64,000 bases of DNA from Candidatus Aminicenantales bacterium (GCA_049697115.1 JBAVVD010000002.1:4105-68104), one strand, 5' to 3'; shown: positions 10,414 through 21,786, counted from the first letter of the stretch. A program made the numbers and translations. Notes: generated from the sequence alone by a model not told the origin.

Positions 10414-10431
10414 AGACTGTCCTTGGTTAAA

Positions 10432-10479
10432 CCCGCATATGCGACATATTTTTCGCAGTTTTGGAGATGCGGGCGTTTT
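10432..10479 (+). terminator. putative rho-independent terminator after the kinase gene
   Basis: CCCGCAT...ATGCGGG stem followed by CGTTTT. Confidence 0.4.
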
Positions 10480-10565
10480 GCATTTAACAATTTGACTCTG
10501 AGAAATGATTAAGATTAAGATAACATGCAGCGAGAATGATTGGACTTGAATTTAAGGAGTCATAA

Positions 10566-11495
10566 ATGAGCCCATTTAATGAAAACGGCAAGGTCTGGAT
10601 GAACGGAAGATTGATCCCATGGAAAAAAGCGACCATTCATATTGCCTCTCATGTCGTGCACTACGGGAGTTCGATCTTCGAAGGATTCAGAGCGTATAAA
10701 AATTCCAAGGGAACAGTGATCTTCCGCTTGGATGCTCATGTCCGAAGGTTGTACAACTCCTGCAAGATTTACCGCATGGAGATTTCTTATTCCCAGGAAG
10801 AATTCAAAAAGGCGATTGTTAAGACCATAAAGGCCAATCAATATCCAGAATGTTATATTCGGCCGGTCATCTACCGGGGCTACAATACTCTTGGGGTGGA
10901 CCCTTTCCCGAATCCTGTGGATTGCGCGATTCTGATCTGGGAATGGGGGAAATATCTGGGTGAGGATTCTTTAGTCAAAGGCGTGGATGTCAAGGTTTCG
11001 ACCTGGCAGAGGATGGCCCCCAACACATTTCCCGCACTGGCCAAAACCGGAGCCAATTACATGAATTCCCAGCTGATCAAGATGGAAGCCAAACTGGAGG
11101 GCTATATCGAAGGGATCGCTCTTAATGTTAGAGGACACGTCAGCGAAGGCAGCGGTGAGAATATTTTTATTGTCATGGACGATATCATTTATACGCCGCC
11201 CCTTTCCTCTTCTATCCTGCCGGGGATTACGAGGAATTCTGTCATCATGCTGGTGAGGGACCTGGGATATAAAGTTATCGAAGAGACAATCCCGCGGGAG
11301 ATGCTGTACATTGCGGACGAGGTCTTTTTCACCGGATCGGCAACAGAAATCACGCCGATCCGCTCGATCGATAAAATTAAAATTGGAAACGGCAAGCGCG
11401 GTCCGGTCGTGAAGAAGCTCCAGGAAGAATTTTTCGGAATCATCAAGGCGGAAAAGGAAGATCGATATCATTGGCTGACCTATGTTAAAATTTAG
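10566..11495 (+). CDS. ilvE: branched-chain amino acid aminotransferase (class IV)
   Basis: 309 aa with the YGSSIFEG motif and the fold-type IV aminotransferase pattern. Confidence 0.85.
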   Translation: MSPFNENGKVWMNGRLIPWKKATIHIASHVVHYGSSIFEGFRAYKNSKGTVIFRLDAHVRRLYNSCKIYRMEISYSQEEFKKAIVKTIKANQYPECYIRPVIYRGYNTLGVDPFPNPVDCAILIWEWGKYLGEDSLVKGVDVKVSTWQRMAPNTFPALAKTGANYMNSQLIKMEAKLEGYIEGIALNVRGHVSEGSGENIFIVMDDIIYTPPLSSSILPGITRNSVIMLVRDLGYKVIEETIPREMLYIADEVFFTGSATEITPIRSIDKIKIGNGKRGPVVKKLQEEFFGIIKAEKEDRYHWLTYVKI

Positions 11496-11511
11496 CCATT
11501 AAAGGTGGGAT

Positions 11512-12663
11512 ATGCATATTGACGAGCTTTTAAAAATCGCCATTGAAATTAATGCTTCAGATATCCATTTGAAGGTGGGGAACTGTCCCCAGTTCAGGGT
11601 CCACGGCGCTCTCATCCCCTTGACGCAACTTCCGCGATTGACGACCAAGGACACGGAAGATATGGCCAATCAGATCATGAGTGACTATCAGAAGCAAAAA
11701 TTAAAAGAAGACTTTGATCTGGACCTCGCCTACAGCCTTCCAGGTTTCGGCCGGTTCAGAGGAAGTATATTTTTCCAGAGAGGTTCCTTGGCGATTTCTC
11801 TGCGCATCATTCCTTTTGAGGTGAAGTCCATCCGAGAGTTGCTCCTACCGGAAGTCATCGAGAAAATCTCCGGATTCGAAAGAGGATTAGCGCTGGTCAC
11901 AGGGTCCACCGGCAGCGGGAAAACAACGACTCTGGCTTCAATGATTGATTTTATCAACGCCAGCCGGAAAGATCATATTATTACCATTGAGGACCCGATT
12001 GAATATCTTCATAAGGACAAAAAAAGCATGATCTGCCAGAGAGAAGTCGGATGGGATGTCAAGAGCTTTTCTCGAGGCCTCCGCAGCGCCCTTCGTGAAG
12101 ATCCGGATATCATCCTTGTCGGAGAAATGAGAGATCTGGATACCATCGAAACGGCCATCCTGGCCGCCGAGACCGGTCACCTCGTCCTCAGCACGCTTCA
12201 CACGCTTGATGCTTCAGAAACGATCAGCCGGATCATCTCCGTCTTTCCGCCTCACCAGCAGCGACAGATCCGGCTCCAGTTGGCCAGCATCCTGAGAACG
12301 GTCATTTCCCAGAGGCTCATCCCCAGAAAAGACGGAAAAGGGAGAGTGCCGGCAGTAGAAGTCATGATCTCCACGCCCTATATCCAGGAATGTATACAGG
12401 ACAGAGAAAAAACATTTCTCATTCGCGACGCCATCGCCACCGGCGTTTCCCAGTACGGTATGCAGACATTTGACCAGTCCGTCTATCAACTTTATTCCAA
12501 TGGGTATATTTCATTAGAGCAGGGGATGAGATATTCGACCAGTCCCGATAATTTCCGGCTGCGGGTTCAGGGCGTTCAATCCACGACGGATATTGCCCTT
12601 GAAGAGATGGAAAAGAAAATGAGTCGGGTGGAGAGAAATAGTGAAGGTGAGGAAGACAAATAG
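11512..12663 (+). CDS. pilT: type IV pilus retraction ATPase PilT/PilU family
   Basis: Walker A GSTGSGKTTT, Asp box and His box; 383 aa. Confidence 0.8.
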   Translation: MHIDELLKIAIEINASDIHLKVGNCPQFRVHGALIPLTQLPRLTTKDTEDMANQIMSDYQKQKLKEDFDLDLAYSLPGFGRFRGSIFFQRGSLAISLRIIPFEVKSIRELLLPEVIEKISGFERGLALVTGSTGSGKTTTLASMIDFINASRKDHIITIEDPIEYLHKDKKSMICQREVGWDVKSFSRGLRSALREDPDIILVGEMRDLDTIETAILAAETGHLVLSTLHTLDASETISRIISVFPPHQQRQIRLQLASILRTVISQRLIPRKDGKGRVPAVEVMISTPYIQECIQDREKTFLIRDAIATGVSQYGMQTFDQSVYQLYSNGYISLEQGMRYSTSPDNFRLRVQGVQSTTDIALEEMEKKMSRVERNSEGEEDK

Positions 12664-15304
12664 AGCGATCAAAGCCCAGGAAATACGGGAGACATTTTTA
12701 GATTTTTTCGCTCAAAAAGAACATAAAATAGTTCCCAGTTCCTTGCTCCTTCCCAAGGATGATCCGACGATTCTCTTCACCAACGCCGGAATGAATCCGT
12801 TCAAAAACATCTTTCTGGGACTTGAGACACGGAGCTATAAAAGGGCGGCTTCGGTTCAAAAATGCATGCGCGTCAGCGGGAAGCACAATGACCTGGAGCA
12901 GGTCGGCCAGACGAACAAACATCACACATTTTTTGAAATGCTGGGAAATTTTTCTTTCGGCGACTATTTCAAGACAGAGGCCATTGCCTTCGCCTGGGAG
13001 CTGATTACGGAAGTCTTCAAACTTCCCCAGGACAGGCTGGTCATCACAGTCTATGAAGAGGATGACGAAGCCTTCGAACTTTGGCGCACAGTCGCTGGCG
13101 TTCCGGAAGAGAAGATCTTTCGGTTCGGCAAGGAGGAGAACTTCTGGTCCATGGGCGAGACCGGTCCCTGCGGCCCGTGCTCGGAAATCCACTACGATAT
13201 CGATCCCGATTATGAGCCGGGAGATCCCCGGAGCCTGATTGAAAAAGGCAGCGACAGATATCTTGAACTCTGGAATTTAGTTTTCATGCAGTATTTCCAG
13301 GATGAACAAGGAAATCTCCATCCTCTGCCCTCTCCTTCGATCGATACAGGAATGGGACTGGAACGGATAGCGGCGGCACTTCAGGGGAAAACGAGCAATT
13401 TTGATACGGACCTTTTTACTCCTCTGATTGAAGAAATCTGCCATTTGGCCGGAAGAGAGTATCCGGCCGGAGAGGAGAGTGACATTTCCGTGAGACTCAT
13501 CGCTGATCACGCCCGGGCGGTTTCCTTTCTAATCGGAGACGGCATCATGCCTTCCAATGAAGGCCGGGGTTATGTCCTGCGCCGCCTGATCCGGCGGGCT
13601 TTCCGTCACGGCAGTCTATTGGGAATTGATAAACCCTTTGTTTACACGCTGGTCAGTGTGGTCAGTGACATAATGAAGGATGCCTACCCGGAGCTTTTGT
13701 CTTCTTCATACTTTATTTCAAAAATCTGCCTTTCGGAAGAGGAGCGCTTTTCCTTGACCCTTTCATCCGGGCTTCGCTATTTCCAACAGTACGTCGAGGA
13801 GGCAAAGAAAGCCGGGAAAAAATGGCTGGGCGGAGAGGAGGTGTTCAAACTCTATGATACCTTCGGCTTTCCACTTGATCTCTCTCAGGAGCTTGCCTGT
13901 GAGAGAAGTCTGGTTGTGGATGAGGAAGGCTTTTACCAGGAGATGGAGAAACAAAAGAAGCGGGCCCGTGAATCCTGGAGAGGAAATTTTCGGCAGAAGG
14001 GAAGACAGGTCTATGAAGACCTGAGACTTCCCGGCGTCCGTTATGTTGGAAACGAGAAGGAATATGTTCCCGAGGCCGAAGTGCTGGCGATTCTTAAGGA
14101 CGGGAAGCGTGTCCGGGAGCTCAGAGAAGGCGAGCCGGGGGAGGTCATTCTGAACGAGACTCCCTTTTATGCTGAGGCTGGCGGACAGGTGGGAGATTCC
14201 GGACATTTAAAAGGGTCCCATTTTTCGGCTCTGGTGGAGAATACCGTCTATCCGGTCCCGGAGATCATCAGCCATCAGGTGAAAGTGCTTTCCGGAATAC
14301 TCAAGGAAGGCCATAAAGTGGAAGCCGTGATCGACGGTCCCAGGCGCAAGGCCATCTCCGGCAACCACACCGCTACTCATCTTCTCCATGCCTCCTTGAG
14401 GCAGATATTAGGCGACCACGTCAAGCAGGCCGGCTCTTTGGTCTCTCCCACGAGGCTCCGTTTCGACTTTACTCATTTTGCCCCTCTGTCCAGGGAAGAA
14501 CTTCAAAAAGTGGAATCTCTTGTCAATGAGAAAATCCGTGAGAATATACCGGTGGAAGTCATACAGACGACCCTGGAAAAAGGCCTGGCGGAAGGGGCGA
14601 TGGCCATTTTTGAGGAGAAGTATACGGAGCATGTCCGGATGGTCGTTGTGGATGTTTTCTCCAAAGAGCTCTGCGGAGGTGTTCATGTCCACGGCACGGG
14701 CGAAATCGGCCTGTTCAAAATCGTCTCAGAGACAAGTATTGCGGCCGGTATGCGGAGAATTGAGGCCTTAACCGCCGAAGAAGCCATGCATCACGTCCAG
14801 GAGTCAGAAACGATTCTCTCAGAAATTCAGCTGTCATTAAATACATCCCGAAAAGACGTCCTGAGCCAGGTTGAGAAACTCCGGAATCTGGTCAAGGAGA
14901 AAGAGCAGGAGGCAAAGTTTCTCAGACAAAATGCCCTCCGCCAGAAATTCCAGAAGCCGGAGGAAGAAATTAGACGAATCAAAGGAATTGCTGTCCTGGC
15001 TCAGAAGGTGGAAGGATTGAATCCGACGGAGGTCCGTGACCTGGCGGATTCTCTTAAGCAGAAAATGAAATCCGGGGTGGTGATTCTTGGAGTCAGAACG
15101 GACGAGAAGGCTTTTCTTGTGATCTCTGTGAGCAAGGATTTAGCTGTCCGTGTCAGCGCTGTGGATGTCATCAAAAAGGTGGCCCCTCTGATTGGAGGCG
15201 GGGGAGGGGGCCGTCCCGATTTTGCCCAAGCTGGAGGGACAAGAATTGAGGAGCTGGACACAGCGATCGCTGAAAGCCTGTCCATTATTGAAAAACAGCT
15301 TTAA
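12641..15304 (+). CDS. alaS: alanyl-tRNA synthetase
   Basis: 887 aa with class II AlaRS motifs, the editing-domain HxxxH...CGG and a C-terminal DHHA1 GGGGG. Confidence 0.95.
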   Translation: MKVRKTNRAIKAQEIRETFLDFFAQKEHKIVPSSLLLPKDDPTILFTNAGMNPFKNIFLGLETRSYKRAASVQKCMRVSGKHNDLEQVGQTNKHHTFFEMLGNFSFGDYFKTEAIAFAWELITEVFKLPQDRLVITVYEEDDEAFELWRTVAGVPEEKIFRFGKEENFWSMGETGPCGPCSEIHYDIDPDYEPGDPRSLIEKGSDRYLELWNLVFMQYFQDEQGNLHPLPSPSIDTGMGLERIAAALQGKTSNFDTDLFTPLIEEICHLAGREYPAGEESDISVRLIADHARAVSFLIGDGIMPSNEGRGYVLRRLIRRAFRHGSLLGIDKPFVYTLVSVVSDIMKDAYPELLSSSYFISKICLSEEERFSLTLSSGLRYFQQYVEEAKKAGKKWLGGEEVFKLYDTFGFPLDLSQELACERSLVVDEEGFYQEMEKQKKRARESWRGNFRQKGRQVYEDLRLPGVRYVGNEKEYVPEAEVLAILKDGKRVRELREGEPGEVILNETPFYAEAGGQVGDSGHLKGSHFSALVENTVYPVPEIISHQVKVLSGILKEGHKVEAVIDGPRRKAISGNHTATHLLHASLRQILGDHVKQAGSLVSPTRLRFDFTHFAPLSREELQKVESLVNEKIRENIPVEVIQTTLEKGLAEGAMAIFEEKYTEHVRMVVVDVFSKELCGGVHVHGTGEIGLFKIVSETSIAAGMRRIEALTAEEAMHHVQESETILSEIQLSLNTSRKDVLSQVEKLRNLVKEKEQEAKFLRQNALRQKFQKPEEEIRRIKGIAVLAQKVEGLNPTEVRDLADSLKQKMKSGVVILGVRTDEKAFLVISVSKDLAVRVSAVDVIKKVAPLIGGGGGGRPDFAQAGGTRIEELDTAIAESLSIIEKQL

Positions 15305-15429
15305 AAGGGGGGAGCCGGTCGGATTCCATTTATGTGGGGGTGAGAAGGAATTTTAAAAAATCACCATTGAATATCACCTCTAAAGAGGATTGAAAAAAAA
15401 GGTTGATTTGAGGCATTATAGACAGTGCC

Positions 15430-16002
15430 ATGATGAAGAAGAGACTTTTTTTCCCGGTCCAACTCATTTTTTTGCTCTGTTTCATACCGGTCCAATTGCT
15501 GAGCAAATCCAGCGATGATTTAAGGAAAGAATATGACCCGCTCGTCCGAAACATTGCCGAAAAGCATGGGGTGGATGTCGATCTTGTTCATTCCGTCATT
15601 TCGGCTGAATCCGGATACAATCGATATGCCGTGTCTCCGAAAGGCGCGCTGGGCCTGATGCAGCTTATGCCGGAGACGGCTGAGGACTATGGAGTCAGAG
15701 ATCTCTTTGATCCCGGACAGAATATCGAGGGCGGAGTCAAGTATCTAAAAGATCTGATCCAGCTTTTTAATCATAAAACGGAGCTTGCCCTGGCCGCCTA
15801 CAATGCGGGGCACAAAGCCGTAAAAAAACACGGCAAGGTCCCTCCCTATCCAGAGACTAAAGCCTTCATCAAGCGGGTCATGGCTTCTTATAAAAGCGTG
15901 CCGGAAAAGGCCAAAAGTCCCATCTACACTTTTTACGACAAGGAAGGGAAACTAATATTGACCAACGATTTTCGCTATTATGCGCTGAATAAAGGCAACT
16001 AG
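15430..16002 (+). CDS. lytic transglycosylase (SLT domain) with signal peptide
   Basis: ESGYNRYAVSPKGALGLMQLMPETA catalytic SLT motif. Confidence 0.75.
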   Translation: MMKKRLFFPVQLIFLLCFIPVQLLSKSSDDLRKEYDPLVRNIAEKHGVDVDLVHSVISAESGYNRYAVSPKGALGLMQLMPETAEDYGVRDLFDPGQNIEGGVKYLKDLIQLFNHKTELALAAYNAGHKAVKKHGKVPPYPETKAFIKRVMASYKSVPEKAKSPIYTFYDKEGKLILTNDFRYYALNKGN

Positions 16003-16056
16003 CGATTCTCCTCCAGTTTCTCTGCGACCCGAAATACGGATGCAATGAACAGAGAC

Positions 16057-18030
16057 TCAGGAGTGTTTTTTAAACCAGGCGAGAACTTTTTGGATCACAT
16101 CGAGCTGGTGGATGTATTCCCTGACTCCATGGCCTTCTCTCGGGTAGATGACCATTTCCACCGGAACTCCATAATGTTTCAAGGCGGCATAAAACTCGAA
16201 ACCTTGCGAAATTGGAACTCGGAAATCTCTCTCTCCGTGAACGATCAATACCGGAGTTTTGGCCTGTGAGGCATAGGTGACAGGGGAATTCTTGGCATAG
16301 ATTTCAGGGGCGTCGTAGGGAGCTTTGTTGAAATAACCGATGAGAAAAGAAGGTTCATCCGTCAGCGCATACTCGGTGACGAGGTTTGTCACACCGGCAG
16401 AGATAAAAGCGGCATTGAATCGGTTTGTCTGGGTGACGATCCACGCGGTGAGATAGCCGCCGTAGCTTTGGCCGCCGATATACAGCTGCTTTTCATCCAC
16501 CCAGCCTTTCCGGATTAGATCATTCACTCCGGCCATCACATCGCTCATCGGGCCTTTCCCCCAGTTGGCGATATTAGCCGTCATCCACTTCATACCCGAG
16601 CCTGAGCTTCCCCTGAAATTGGGCAAGAAGACCATGTGGCCTTGGGAGGCGAAAAGCTGGGCCCAATTGCTGATATGAATGCCGATTCCCCAGTTGTAGG
16701 CGGGGCCGCCGTGAAGCCAGACGACCAGCGGGTAGCGTCTGCCGGATTCGAATCCGACAGGTTTGACAACAATTCCGAAGACATCGGAATCATCCTCAGG
16801 ATTATTCCATTTTACAGCCTCAACCGAACCCAGGCTGACCTCCTTGAGATAATCGTTGAAGAAGGTCAGCTGCTTCTTGTCTTCACCGATGGTTCGTGCG
16901 ATCCAGACTTCTTTGGGACAGTCCGGTTTTTCGTTGAGAAAGGCCACCCATTCTCCGTTTGCGCTGACAGACCAGTGGTGGCCCCAGTAAGGGATGATGG
17001 AGTGGTCCATTTCCAGAAGTTCATGGCTTTTGTCCTTAAGATCAAGGGAAAGAAGATAATTGTGTTCTCCACGCGCGACAGCGGCCAGGACTTTTGCCTC
17101 CCGGGGATGCCAGATAAGGTCCCAAACATTGCCCGGATATTCCCTGAGAAGATCAATGGGCTCACAATTCTTGAGGGATATGACTTTGGCAATGCCTCTT
17201 TCCTTGAAACTTCCAATGGGACCGATATAGGCGATCCATTTTCCGTCAGAAGAAAATGAAGGAGCCGCCAGGGCATTGATTTTGGCGTCTAAAATTTTTT
17301 CCTCTCCGGTTTGCACATCGACCAGCCCAAGATGGCTCTGGTACTCATTTCCCTCCGCAGTGGGAAGGGGAGAGGCCTGGACGGCCAGTTCTTTTCCGTC
17401 CGGAGACCAGTTGAAGAGAAAAACCGTCTGGTTCCGGAGAGTCACACTCCGTGCCTCGCCCCCGGACGCATTCATGATCCAGAGCCGCGTGTGAGTGAAG
17501 TCTTTATCCACAACATATCCGTCATCTCCCCCTTCTTTCTGTTTTTTTTCCGCCTCTGAGGGAGCATCTTCTTTCAGGAAGGCAAACATCCGTCCGTCTG
17601 GCGACCATTTCATGTCCCGGATATTACCTTCTTCATGTGTGATTCTCTCCAGACTTTTATTGGCCAAAGAATAAAAATAGACCTGGGTGGACTTGTCTGC
17701 ACCTTGGCGGGAGAGAAAAGCCAGGATCTTTCCATCCGGTGACCAACGGGGTGTGGAGTCCGGTCCTGGATTTTTTGTGATCTGTTGAAGCGTTTTCCCA
17801 TCCGCGGAGACCAGCCAGAGTTCTGAATTCATACTCCGGTTCTCATCAAACTGGCTGACGACAAAGGCCACCCAGTCGCCCCTCGGTTCTATCTGCGGGT
17901 CCGAGATATTTTTCAGTTTTAAAAGATCCACAGACTCAAAAGGTTTCTTCTCCCGGCTGAAGGCCAAAGAAGACAAAGCCAGGACAAACGCCAAAAGAGC
18001 TGCGGTTAAAGCTCTCGCTTTCCTATCCAT
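16057..18030 (-). CDS. secreted S9 peptidase with an N-terminal TolB-like beta-propeller (prolyl oligopeptidase / acylaminoacyl peptidase family)
   Basis: Signal peptide, WSPDG propeller repeats, and a GGQSYGGYLTAW nucleophile elbow with C-terminal D and H. Confidence 0.85.
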   Translation of the reverse strand: MDRKARALTAALLAFVLALSSLAFSREKKPFESVDLLKLKNISDPQIEPRGDWVAFVVSQFDENRSMNSELWLVSADGKTLQQITKNPGPDSTPRWSPDGKILAFLSRQGADKSTQVYFYSLANKSLERITHEEGNIRDMKWSPDGRMFAFLKEDAPSEAEKKQKEGGDDGYVVDKDFTHTRLWIMNASGGEARSVTLRNQTVFLFNWSPDGKELAVQASPLPTAEGNEYQSHLGLVDVQTGEEKILDAKINALAAPSFSSDGKWIAYIGPIGSFKERGIAKVISLKNCEPIDLLREYPGNVWDLIWHPREAKVLAAVARGEHNYLLSLDLKDKSHELLEMDHSIIPYWGHHWSVSANGEWVAFLNEKPDCPKEVWIARTIGEDKKQLTFFNDYLKEVSLGSVEAVKWNNPEDDSDVFGIVVKPVGFESGRRYPLVVWLHGGPAYNWGIGIHISNWAQLFASQGHMVFLPNFRGSSGSGMKWMTANIANWGKGPMSDVMAGVNDLIRKGWVDEKQLYIGGQSYGGYLTAWIVTQTNRFNAAFISAGVTNLVTEYALTDEPSFLIGYFNKAPYDAPEIYAKNSPVTYASQAKTPVLIVHGERDFRVPISQGFEFYAALKHYGVPVEMVIYPREGHGVREYIHQLDVIQKVLAWFKKHS

Positions 18031-18184
18031 TCGGTCCTCCTGAAAAAAGCGGTCATAGTCGTCAAAAGAAATTATTTCATTTAAAAATTAACGGCTTAAC
18101 CGAGGGTTTGACCAGATCCTGTTTTCTCTGCGGATCATTCTGCCTCTTTTTGGAGAACGTTCAACCACCAGAGCTGAGTACGGA

Positions 18185-19120
18185 TTACAGATAGCCTTTG
18201 ATCTGGAGGTTTCTAGGCATGATCTCAAAGGTGGCGGGAAGTTTGCCCAATTGCTCCCCATCCAGTTCAATAAGAACGGGCGCATTGTCTTCAGGGACAG
18301 CCTCGATTTTTCGGCTCCGCATGAGAAATATTTTTGGATGGGAGAGATGTGTGCCAAAAAAGATTTTCCAGCCATGCCGGCAGAACTCAAGAAATTTCAT
18401 GCCTTTGATATAGACAAAATCGAAGGCGCCGTCATCGAGCCTGGCTTGCGGCGCAATTTTCATCCCCTTGCCGAAAATCCGCCCATTGGCCACGACTCCG
18501 ATAAGATAGTCTCCTTCTGGCAGATCCTCGCCGTCCACTTTAATCCGGAGTCTTTTATTTTTATATTTCATCATTGTGGATATAAGACAGCGGACATAGG
18601 AAGAGGCTTTCCGTTCCATCCTTTTTTGATTGACCTGCTCGACGACTTCGCCTCCGATGCCAAAATCGGCGACATTCAGGAAATACCTTTCCTCTGCTTC
18701 CCCGGAATGGGATTTAAACGCGACCTTACCGATATCGATCCGGTTGTTGGGCGCCTGAGTAATCACATTCAAGGCATCCTTCAGCTTCTGGGGAATATTG
18801 AGGCTTCGCGTGAAGTCACAGCCGGTTCCCGACGGGAGGATGCCCAGAGTGGCCTCGGAGTTAATGACCTTTCTATCCTCATAGAATCCGTTGGCAATCT
18901 CATTCATCGTCCCATCGCCGCCCACGCCGATGATGAGTTCTGTGCCTCCCTTGAGGGCCGTACGGGTTAATTCGATGGCCTGGAGGGGCTTCTCGGTGAA
19001 CTCATACTTGAATTCTTTGATAAACGTTTTTATGGCTTCTTTAATCTGAGTCCATCTTTGGCGTGTTTTTCCCTTGGCCGATGCCGGATTAACGATGACT
19101 TGAGTTTTGAGAAGATTCAT
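18185..19120 (-). CDS. diacylglycerol kinase family lipid kinase (YegS/DgkA-like catalytic domain)
   Basis: GGDGTMNEIANG motif; 311 aa. Confidence 0.8.
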   Translation of the reverse strand: MNLLKTQVIVNPASAKGKTRQRWTQIKEAIKTFIKEFKYEFTEKPLQAIELTRTALKGGTELIIGVGGDGTMNEIANGFYEDRKVINSEATLGILPSGTGCDFTRSLNIPQKLKDALNVITQAPNNRIDIGKVAFKSHSGEAEERYFLNVADFGIGGEVVEQVNQKRMERKASSYVRCLISTMMKYKNKRLRIKVDGEDLPEGDYLIGVVANGRIFGKGMKIAPQARLDDGAFDFVYIKGMKFLEFCRHGWKIFFGTHLSHPKIFLMRSRKIEAVPEDNAPVLIELDGEQLGKLPATFEIMPRNLQIKGYL

Positions 19121-19628
19121 CCTTTACTCCCTCAGGACTGGGAGGATGCTTTTTGCCAAAAAGGGCAACTCCTAAGATTCCGCCGAGAGCTCCCAGAGCG
19201 GCGAAGAGGACAGCGGAAATGACCAGTCCCAGAAGAAACCAGGCGACGGATATCGGGCCAACCCCTTTTTCAAACCAACTCTCCCAACCGGAAGGCATTT
19301 CTTCTGAAAACTCGGCAACTCGATCCATAATCCTCCGTATAAACTCCGTGTTCAAAGCGTGAAAAGGGATACTCAAAAAAGTATCTACGACAGCGGCAAC
19401 GAAACCCGCAAAGGCCCCGACAATGGCTCCGTCTCCCGAAGTCAGGGCTTTCGGTGAATCTTTGGCCAGAAGATATGCGGAAAGCATGGCCCCGCCGATG
19501 ATCCATAGACAGCAGAGACAATTGAGAAAGGGCACGGCAGATAGAATACCGGCCACACCACCGCCGATAAGGGCTGGCATAAATATGCCTGGTTTTTGAG
19601 AGTTCATCCGTTCCTCCTTGTCAATCAA
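19089..19628 (-). CDS. hypothetical polytopic membrane protein
   Basis: Several hydrophobic helices and no motif I recognise. It overlaps the start of the lipid kinase gene by about 30 nt. Confidence 0.4.
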   Translation of the reverse strand: MIDKEERMNSQKPGIFMPALIGGGVAGILSAVPFLNCLCCLWIIGGAMLSAYLLAKDSPKALTSGDGAIVGAFAGFVAAVVDTFLSIPFHALNTEFIRRIMDRVAEFSEEMPSGWESWFEKGVGPISVAWFLLGLVISAVLFAALGALGGILGVALFGKKHPPSPEGVKDESSQNSSHR

Positions 19629-19700
19629 CCTATTGTATTGTTTTTAAAGTGGAAATTTCAAGTTTGCAGATTTTTCCGGGAAACGGACTCGGACAAAAGA

Positions 19701-20198
19701 TTAGAAGCGTATTCTTTCATGTCTGATAAAGACTTCCGCCAATCCGGGGATCAAATAGAAGGGAAAAATGGTTCCCCAAAGAAATCCAGTACTGAAACGC
19801 AGGATGTTTGAACCTTTCCAGAGGCCAAGGAGATTTCCGGCCGCATCGATGAAGACAGGCAGCGAAAGGGCGCCCAAGATCTCTATTCTCGGAAGTCGAA
19901 GCTTCTGAAATCCCCTCAAAAATGGATAAAACACGGTCCCTGCCAGGAATCCGAAGTACACACCAAGGCATCGGGCACAGACCGCCAGGGAATGGCCAAA
20001 AACGAGGAAAGAGCGGGAGGGAATTTGGTGGCAGAGTGGAGAAAAACAGGTATACACAAAGAGGCTTGAAAAAGAGCCTCTGTTTTTGAGGTACGGAGCC
20101 AGAAAGATAGCTGTGAGCCACAGAAGAATTCCTCCCAATGTGATGCAATAGATGGTGCGGATTTTCTGCCGTCGTCCCATTTTTTTTATTCGGATCAA
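19701..20198 (-). CDS. DUF2085-like membrane protein
   Basis: CHQIPSRSF...CARCLGVYFG signature. Confidence 0.55.
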   Translation of the reverse strand: MIRIKKMGRRQKIRTIYCITLGGILLWLTAIFLAPYLKNRGSFSSLFVYTCFSPLCHQIPSRSFLVFGHSLAVCARCLGVYFGFLAGTVFYPFLRGFQKLRLPRIEILGALSLPVFIDAAGNLLGLWKGSNILRFSTGFLWGTIFPFYLIPGLAEVFIRHERIRF

Positions 20199-20322
20199 TT
20201 TTTAAAGACTCTCAAAAAGAAATTCTCTTTCCAGGGGTGCGATTCAAACACACGGCACCGACCGATCGGATAAGAGCGAATAATGTCACAGACAGATTGA
20301 GGGGGGCGGTGCATCGGATCCT

Positions 20323-21471
20323 TCAACAGGTATCTTTCATCCTTAAATAGACCAGGGAACCTGCAAGAATCAGGAAGTTGATCGTAATGATGGACCAGGA
20401 CATGAACCGGGCATAAAAATTTTTCCCCAGGATGTCATAGAGAGATAAGGCGATGATCAAAAAATTGACCAGAAGGACAATTCTGAGCGCTCCGGGAAAC
20501 CGTGAGAAGTATTTCAGGACAATGGCCACACCGAGAATGGAAGAAAACAGGGTGTAATCCCATCCCAGTGGTGAGAGAAGAGGGATGACAACAAGAAGAA
20601 AGGAAGCTTCGAGAGGGAAAGGCCGAGACATCCTTTTGCCTCTGGAGATGACCAGAAGAATGATAACGGCCAGAACGGCGGTTGAGATTATATAGAGAAC
20701 TGAGGTTAACTTTAAGTCGCCTGTCCATTTCATGAAAAAAGCCATAAGGGAGATATTGTCCTGGGAATCGAGGAGAATGGGAGTGGAGCGGGAAAGGCTT
20801 GAGATCCATTCCTTATGGACTGTGATATTCCCTGAGAATCCATAATACAGAGAGGGCAGACAAAGTGAGACAGCGATGAAGAGGAGCCCTGTCCCGAGAA
20901 CAAGCCATTTTTTCCGGAGTATGAAGTAGGGGATAAAAATCACCGCATAGGGCTTAAGAGCTGTAGCCAATCCCCAGAGCAGTCCCGCTGGCACGTCTTT
21001 CGATAGAGAAGGGGAATTTTCCTCCTGGATGAACCAGATCATTCCCGTCAGTAGAAAAGTCAAGAGGGCATTGATTTGTCCCAGATGGAGTTCTCGGAGG
21101 AAATATCGGAAGAGGACGAGAACAGAAAGGAAAATAAAAAAAGAAGAAGTCTCTCGGACGGGATTGAGAACACGTTCAGCGAGGAAGATGATGAGCCCCA
21201 GAGAACAAAGGATGAGAAAATACCAGATTCCCTTGGCCCAGGGAAGGGGTAGATAGGAAAGGGGAATATAGAAAATGGCGGAAAATGGAGAATATTTGAA
21301 CTGGTAATGTTCATCTTCCGCCCGGTAAAGTGTTTCTCCCATCCGAATTCTTTCGCCCGCTTTATAATTGACTTCGAAATCCACCATCTCCTCTTTGGCT
21401 TTGAGGAGAAAAAGGGCCATTAACAGAAAGAATCCGAGCACGACAGATAACAGTAAGACTTTTTTACCCAT
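20323..21471 (-). CDS. polytopic membrane protein, GT87/DUF2029-like putative glycosyltransferase
   Basis: About 10 transmembrane helices and an ALKPYA-type loop motif; the assignment is tentative. Confidence 0.45.
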   Translation of the reverse strand: MGKKVLLLSVVLGFFLLMALFLLKAKEEMVDFEVNYKAGERIRMGETLYRAEDEHYQFKYSPFSAIFYIPLSYLPLPWAKGIWYFLILCSLGLIIFLAERVLNPVRETSSFFIFLSVLVLFRYFLRELHLGQINALLTFLLTGMIWFIQEENSPSLSKDVPAGLLWGLATALKPYAVIFIPYFILRKKWLVLGTGLLFIAVSLCLPSLYYGFSGNITVHKEWISSLSRSTPILLDSQDNISLMAFFMKWTGDLKLTSVLYIISTAVLAVIILLVISRGKRMSRPFPLEASFLLVVIPLLSPLGWDYTLFSSILGVAIVLKYFSRFPGALRIVLLVNFLIIALSLYDILGKNFYARFMSWSIITINFLILAGSLVYLRMKDTC

Positions 21472-21786
21472 CTTTGGATTTTCAGGCTACCCGAGATTCA
21501 AGAAATTGTCAATTTGGATGATCCTTGACCGCAGATCGCTTCTCTAATTTTTAAGAGATTCATGGACACGAACCAAATTCTAGAGAATTCGGCTTATGTT
21601 CCTCTTGTGTGACAGGTCTTGAAATTCCCTCCATTCTTTTTAAAAATATCATACTATCAAGGAGGAAAACACTTGATAAAAGGCCAGTTCACATGATGAA
21701 GATATAATTTGACAGAAGATTTTTCAAGTGTAAAAATGTGTGTGGAGAAAGGCCCAAAAAGGAGACAATTGTAAGAAGGAGGAAAA

